Positions 59,067 to 64,000 of a stretch of DNA of 64,000 bases are shown here, piece by piece. Origin of the DNA: an uncultured Bacilli bacterium. GTDB lineage: Bacteria; Bacillota_I; Bacilli_A; RF39; UBA660. The stretch is from assembly GCA_944332295.1 (NCBI GenBank), contig CALVJR010000001.1, positions 136,598 through 200,597 on the forward strand, read 5' to 3'. Position 1 is the first letter of the stretch, and each line of letters starts with the position of its first letter. The notes below the pieces were generated by a model that was not told the DNA's origin, made no database searches, and saw nothing but the letters and a program-made list of their open reading frames with translations. The translations under genes were made by a program, and so were the position numbers.

Positions 59067-59948
59067 ATGGAAAGATTTGACTCAGCAAAAAAAGCCGGTG
59101 TTTTAGGAATTGTTGGTAATATTATTCTCTTGCTATTAAAAGGAACAATTGGTATCATAACTCAAAGTCAAGCAATGATTGCTGATGCTACGAATAGTGC
59201 TGGTGATATTTTTTCATCACTAATGACATTAATTGGTAATAAAATAGCTTCCAAACCTTCAGATGAAGACCATAATCTAGGCCACGGAAAGGCAGAATAT
59301 ATTTATTCTTTATTAATCAGTATAGCCATGATTGTAATGGGATTAACTGTCGCAACAGATTCAATCAATGCATTAATAAAAAGAGAAGAATTTACATTTT
59401 CTATCTGGTTAGTAATTATTTGTATCATAACAATAATAACAAAACTAGCATTATATCTTTATACTAGAAATATTGCTAAGAAATATAATAACTTACTAAT
59501 GAAAGCAAACTGTAAAGACCATAGAAATGACTGTATTGTAACAGCAGTAAACTTAATTGCTATTATATTAGGTAGTTTTGGAATCTACTTTGTAGATGGA
59601 GTAGTAGGTATTGCAATATCAATTTGGATTATCATAACAGGAATCGGTATATTTAAAGAAAGTTATGATGTATTAATGGATAAATCCATAGATAACAAAA
59701 CAAAAGAAAAAGTATATGATATTGTAAAAGAACATGACATAGTACAAGGAATGAAAGACTTTCATTCAGCACCAGTCGGGTATCAATATCAAATATTTTT
59801 TACAATCGAAGTAGATGGTAATCTAAAGACTTTTGAAAGTCATAAAATTGCGAATCACTTAGAAAAAGAAATAACGAAAAAGATACCAGAAATCTTTTTA
59901 ACTGTCATTCATGTAGATCCAATTCATATTAATAATAAGAAAAAATAA
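59067..59948 (+). CDS. Cation diffusion facilitator transporter
   Basis: SQAMIADA.NS..D, HNLGHGKAE, DHRND, IHVDP. Confidence 0.92.
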   Translation: MERFDSAKKAGVLGIVGNIILLLLKGTIGIITQSQAMIADATNSAGDIFSSLMTLIGNKIASKPSDEDHNLGHGKAEYIYSLLISIAMIVMGLTVATDSINALIKREEFTFSIWLVIICIITIITKLALYLYTRNIAKKYNNLLMKANCKDHRNDCIVTAVNLIAIILGSFGIYFVDGVVGIAISIWIIITGIGIFKESYDVLMDKSIDNKTKEKVYDIVKEHDIVQGMKDFHSAPVGYQYQIFFTIEVDGNLKTFESHKIANHLEKEITKKIPEIFLTVIHVDPIHINNKKK

Positions 59949-59968
59949 AAGGCAGAAAATGCCTTTTT
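59947..59968 (+). terminator. Intrinsic terminator
   Basis: AAAAGGCA-gaaaa-TGCCTTTT. Confidence 0.7.
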
Positions 59969-60046
59969 ATTGTGAAATTTAAGTAAAAACTATACCAAAC
60001 AAAAATAAAAAAAGATATAATATTATAGAAAAGGAGCTTATGCAGT

Positions 60047-60745
60047 ATGGATCAAGAACAAATTGGAAAATTTATTTTGAACCTGAGAAAACAAAATAAC
60101 TTGACTCAGAAAGAATTTGCAGATAGACTACACGTTACTGCACAAGCAGTATCCAAATGGGAAAACGGAAGAGGAATACCAGATATTGAAATATTACAAA
60201 AAATGAGTAAAGAATTTAATGTAGATATAGATAGTATTTTAACCGGAAAAAAAGAAAAAACTAAATTATCTAAATGGCATATCATAACACTTGTTTTTCT
60301 AGGAGTCGTTCTATGTTTTTCTATCTATGTTTTCTTATCACCAAAAGATTATAATTTTAGTGATGTAAAAGCAGTAAGTACAAAGTTTGATGTAAATGGA
60401 GTAGCCGCTTACTCTAAAGACAAAAACTCTATTTACATATCAAAAATAGAATACTTAGATGGAGAAGAAGATAAAAAATATATTGGTATGGAATGTATTC
60501 TCTATGAAAGTCATAATAATCTAGAAGAAAAAGTATCTCAATGTGGTTCTTTAAAAGAAGAAAAACAAACACCAAAGACATTATCTGAGTTGTTAACAGA
60601 AACTGAATTTAAAGTAGAAAACTTTAGTTGTACGAACCGTAATATGAAAAACAGCAACTTATATATTAGTATTAATTTATTAGATACAGATAATAAACTA
60701 ACAACATATAAAGTACCATTAAAATTAACAGGAACTTGTAACTAA
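60047..60745 (+). CDS. XRE HTH regulator with a TM helix and extracellular domain
   Basis: LTQKEFADRLHVTAQAVSKWENGRGIPD, central TM helix. Confidence 0.88.
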   Translation: MDQEQIGKFILNLRKQNNLTQKEFADRLHVTAQAVSKWENGRGIPDIEILQKMSKEFNVDIDSILTGKKEKTKLSKWHIITLVFLGVVLCFSIYVFLSPKDYNFSDVKAVSTKFDVNGVAAYSKDKNSIYISKIEYLDGEEDKKYIGMECILYESHNNLEEKVSQCGSLKEEKQTPKTLSELLTETEFKVENFSCTNRNMKNSNLYISINLLDTDNKLTTYKVPLKLTGTCN

Positions 60746-60826
60746 ACGCATCGTTTACTAAATTAAACGCTACGTTTATTTTTTTTATTTAGAATTTAGG
60801 TTAAAATAATAGCAAGGAGTGAAAGT

Positions 60827-62803
60827 ATGACAAAGAAAAAACAAAGTAAGAAAAAAAGTATAACAAAGAAAATAATATTACTAGTTGTTGCTATTGTATT
60901 TATAGCTATCATAGTAACATTATTAGTATTAAATAATGTATCAACAGAAAGAAAATTACTTGCAGTAAGTGATAGTCTAATAACAAAACAAGAAAAGCTA
61001 GAGAAAAAGTTTACAAGTAAAGGATATACATTAGAAAGTCCTAATGTTATTGTAGATCCTTATGACAATTCACCATTAACTGCGTTAGTAATTTTCGAAA
61101 CAAAAGATAGTGTTGCTCCAAAAATCACCATAAAAGGGAAAGATAAATTAACAACTTATACTCATGAATTTGAAAAAGAAACTACACACTACTTACCAAT
61201 TTATGGATTATATCCAGGAAAAGAAAATACGATAGTAATCGAATGTGGAGATGAAAAACAAGAATTAAAAATAAAAACCGAACAATTACCAGAAGATTTC
61301 ATTTTACCTACATCAGTAGAAAAAGAGGAAAGTAAATTAACAAATGACTTATATTTTTTTACACCATCAAGTGGTGGATACACTTGTGCTTATGATGTAA
61401 ATGGTGATGTAAGATGGTACTTAACCAATGCTGCAACTTGGAAAATAGATAGATTAAAAAACGGACACTTATTAGTAAGTACAGAACGTTTAGTAAATCA
61501 ACCATACTATTTAACCGGATTATATGAGATGGATATGTTAGGAAAAATATATGTAGAATATAGCTTACCTGGAGGATATCATCATGATTATTATGAAATG
61601 CCAAATGGTAATATTTTAGTAGCTAGTGACGATTTTGCTAGTGGCGAAGGAACAGTAGAAGACTATATTGTAGAACTAGATAGAAAGACTGGAAATATTG
61701 TAAAAGAAATTAATCTAAAAGATATCTTAAACACAGAAGATGGAAAAAGTGAAAACTGGGTAGAATATGACTGGTTTCATAATAATTCTGTTTGGTATGA
61801 CGAAAAGACTAATTCAATTACTTTATCAGGTAGACATCAAGATGCTGTAATTAATATTGACTATGAAACAGAAAAACTAAATTGGATTATAGGAGACCCT
61901 ACCAACTGGAGTGAAGAATATCAAAAATATTTCTTTAAACCAGTAGGTAAAGATTTTGAGTGGCAATGGAGTCAACATGCCGCAATGATTACCCCAGAAG
62001 GATATGTATTTATCTTTGACAATGGAAATAATAAGTCAAAAGAAAAAGCGGAATATGTATCTGCAGAAGATAGTTATTCTAGAGGAGTAATGTATAAAAT
62101 CGATACAGATAAAATGACAATAGAGCAAGTCTTCGAGTATGGTAAAGAAAGAGGCAGTGAATTTTATTCTCCTTATATTTCTGATGTAGACTATATAGAC
62201 AAAGACCATTATATAATTCATTCTGGAGGAATCGTTTATGTAGATGGTAAAAATTCAAATCAACCTGCAGGGTTAGGTGGAGCAGATAAACTAGTAAGTG
62301 ACACAGTAGAATTATTAAACGATGAAGTAATTTTTGAAATAAAATTACCAACCAATAATTATCGTGTAGAAAAAATGCCATTATATGGAACAGATAACTT
62401 TGAATTAGGAAAAAGAGAGAAAAAAGGAAGTCTAGGAGAAACCAAAGTAGACACTACAAGATTTGGCTTTATAACAAATGCTAAAGACATAGATAAAGAA
62501 TATAAATCTCATGAGATTAGTATTACAAATGAAGAAGATCGTCTAGAAATAAAAGGAAGATTTAAAAGAGGAGTAGAAGTAAAAGCCATACTTTACAAAA
62601 ATGGAATAATAAAAGAATACAATATTCCAATCAGTAAAAAACCATATACGGCAATGTGTGTAGATATCTTTACAGAAGAAGAAAATAAAAATGGTATTAT
62701 AGTCACAAAATATATAAATAAAGAAAATTTATCTGGTAAATACTCCCTATATTTACAAATTAATGATACAATATATAAGACTGGAAAATATATAGAAGAA
62801 TAA
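60827..62803 (+). CDS. Aryl-sulfate sulfotransferase (ASST) family protein
   Basis: PY..SPLTA Ig-like N-domain, YHHD, DWFHNN, SGRHQ, SQH, DNG. Confidence 0.88.
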   Translation: MTKKKQSKKKSITKKIILLVVAIVFIAIIVTLLVLNNVSTERKLLAVSDSLITKQEKLEKKFTSKGYTLESPNVIVDPYDNSPLTALVIFETKDSVAPKITIKGKDKLTTYTHEFEKETTHYLPIYGLYPGKENTIVIECGDEKQELKIKTEQLPEDFILPTSVEKEESKLTNDLYFFTPSSGGYTCAYDVNGDVRWYLTNAATWKIDRLKNGHLLVSTERLVNQPYYLTGLYEMDMLGKIYVEYSLPGGYHHDYYEMPNGNILVASDDFASGEGTVEDYIVELDRKTGNIVKEINLKDILNTEDGKSENWVEYDWFHNNSVWYDEKTNSITLSGRHQDAVINIDYETEKLNWIIGDPTNWSEEYQKYFFKPVGKDFEWQWSQHAAMITPEGYVFIFDNGNNKSKEKAEYVSAEDSYSRGVMYKIDTDKMTIEQVFEYGKERGSEFYSPYISDVDYIDKDHYIIHSGGIVYVDGKNSNQPAGLGGADKLVSDTVELLNDEVIFEIKLPTNNYRVEKMPLYGTDNFELGKREKKGSLGETKVDTTRFGFITNAKDIDKEYKSHEISITNEEDRLEIKGRFKRGVEVKAILYKNGIIKEYNIPISKKPYTAMCVDIFTEEENKNGIIVTKYINKENLSGKYSLYLQINDTIYKTGKYIEE

Positions 62804-62814
62804 GGATGATGTAA

Positions 62815-63291
62815 ATGACAAAGAAAAGTGTAATAATATCACTAGTTTCTGCAATAGTAGTATTGACAATTCTAGTAGGAGCAGTATCAACACAAGCATC
62901 CTCTAGAACAACAAGGACACTAAAAGAGCAAACAGCAAGTGATATTAAATATAATGATGAAAAAATAAATGTTTACTTTTTCTGGGGAAATGGATGCCAG
63001 CATTGTGAAGCATTAATTAGCTACTTAAATACACTTCCTGAAGAATATGATAACTACTTTGATTTATATACCCTAGAGGTATGGTATAATGAAGATAACA
63101 GTAAGTTAATGACAGAATTAGGAAAACATCTAGGACAAGAAACAAAAGGAGTTCCATGTTTAATCATTGGAGACCAAGTGTTCATAGGTTTTTCAGAAGA
63201 AAATAAAGAAGCAATAAAAGATGCTATAAAAAAAGCATATAACAAGAAAGAACGATATGATGCTTACAAAGACTACAAAGAACAGGTATGA
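62815..63291 (+). CDS. Exported thioredoxin/glutaredoxin-like protein
   Basis: N-terminal TM helix, CQHC, GVP. Confidence 0.82.
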   Translation: MTKKSVIISLVSAIVVLTILVGAVSTQASSRTTRTLKEQTASDIKYNDEKINVYFFWGNGCQHCEALISYLNTLPEEYDNYFDLYTLEVWYNEDNSKLMTELGKHLGQETKGVPCLIIGDQVFIGFSEENKEAIKDAIKKAYNKKERYDAYKDYKEQV

Positions 63292-63339
63292 GAAAATCAT
63301 ACCTTTTTATTTTTCCTAAATTTTGTTATACTATTAACT

Positions 63340-63897
63340 ATGAAAGTAGGGACCAATATGCATATTATCAAACACTTTATAACAATAACATCACATAGAT
63401 TAAAAGTAATGAATATGTGTTTTAGATGTGGATTATACTGGAGAGGCCTAACACATGACTTATCCAAATATTCACCAAAAGAATTCCTAGAAGGTGCAAA
63501 ATATTATGTAGGAAGTCATTCTCCAATTTCTGAGTGTAAAAAGCAAACTGGAAAAAGTGAAGCTTGGCTACATCATAAAGGAAGAAATCCCCATCATCCA
63601 GAATACTGGGTAGATAGTAATAAACCAATAATGATGCCTTATCAATATGTTGTAGAAAGTATTTGTGATAGAATTGCCGCAGGAAAAACTTATAAGAAAG
63701 AAAAATTTAACCAAACAGAGCCATTAAAGTATTGGTATAAGAATCTAGGCTTTTCTCTAGTAAATGAAAAAACAGCCGAGTTTTTTGAACATGTATTAAC
63801 AGATTTATCCATTCATGGAGAAAAGTATATCCTAAATAAAAAATATATGAAGAAAACTTACGAACAAATTTGTGGAACGAAAAAAAGTAGGAAGTAG
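63340..63897 (+). CDS. DUF5662 (HD-like) family protein
   Basis: THDLSKYSP.EF, WLHHKGRNPHHPEYW, CDRIAA. Start may be ATG 63358. Confidence 0.8.
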   Translation: MKVGTNMHIIKHFITITSHRLKVMNMCFRCGLYWRGLTHDLSKYSPKEFLEGAKYYVGSHSPISECKKQTGKSEAWLHHKGRNPHHPEYWVDSNKPIMMPYQYVVESICDRIAAGKTYKKEKFNQTEPLKYWYKNLGFSLVNEKTAEFFEHVLTDLSIHGEKYILNKKYMKKTYEQICGTKKSRK

Positions 63898-63904
63898 GAA
63901 AGAA

Positions 63905-64000
63905 ATGTTAGAAGAATTATATGAAAAATATGATAAATTACAAAGAAAATATGGAGATAAAAAACTACATTCAATCTATTTCGGAGGAAAAAAAGAAAAT
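63905..64000 (+). CDS. Start of a CDS running off the window
   Basis: ATG 63905, MLEELYEKYDKLQRKYGDKKLHSIYFGGKKEN, open to the window edge. Confidence 0.55.
   Translation, partial: MLEELYEKYDKLQRKYGDKKLHSIYFGGKKEN

Noticed and set aside
2777-63628. Many short ORFs overlapping longer genes (e.g. 2777, 11669, 23471, 37971, 48086, 62079)
   Set aside because: Mostly antisense or alternate-frame shadows of well-supported genes, with no SD or motifs.

Overview
AT-rich bacterial chromosome segment using genetic code 11, with nearly all genes on the + strand. Gene style suggests a reduced-genome gut Bacillota/Bacilli (RF39-like); this is inference only. (1) 1-8.3 kb: a SipW-type signal peptidase cluster with five TasA/camelysin-like secreted proteins, interrupted by a membrane-anchored McrB-like AAA+ NTPase and a DUF2357/McrC-like partner. 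(2) 8.4-28.4 kb: housekeeping and envelope genes (hybrid kinase, RNA modifiers, glycosyltransferases, PFOR, recG) and two candidate orphan sRNAs. (3) 28.5-39.4 kb: an integrative mobilizable element (tyrosine integrase, MOB_V relaxase, AAA_25 Rep-like protein, xis, XRE switch, six-gene cargo) inserted in the 3' end of a small RNA. It ends in a retron-like reverse transcriptase preceded by a ~500-nt structured leader, in which a long-range stem encloses a small membrane-peptide ORF with an occluded Shine-Dalgarno. This is the best candidate for a novel system. (4) 39.4-42.0 kb: a second, decayed element accreted in tandem, carrying an AbiF/AbiD-like HEPN gene with a downstream small RNA. (5) 42-64 kb: small membrane genes, pseudogenes, sortase B and its substrate, an MTase-HNH pair, a sirtuin, an NrtR-tdk-kinase/CYTH operon, a CDF transporter and an arylsulfotransferase-thioredoxin pair. 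All family calls come from motif reading; no database searches or folding programs were run.
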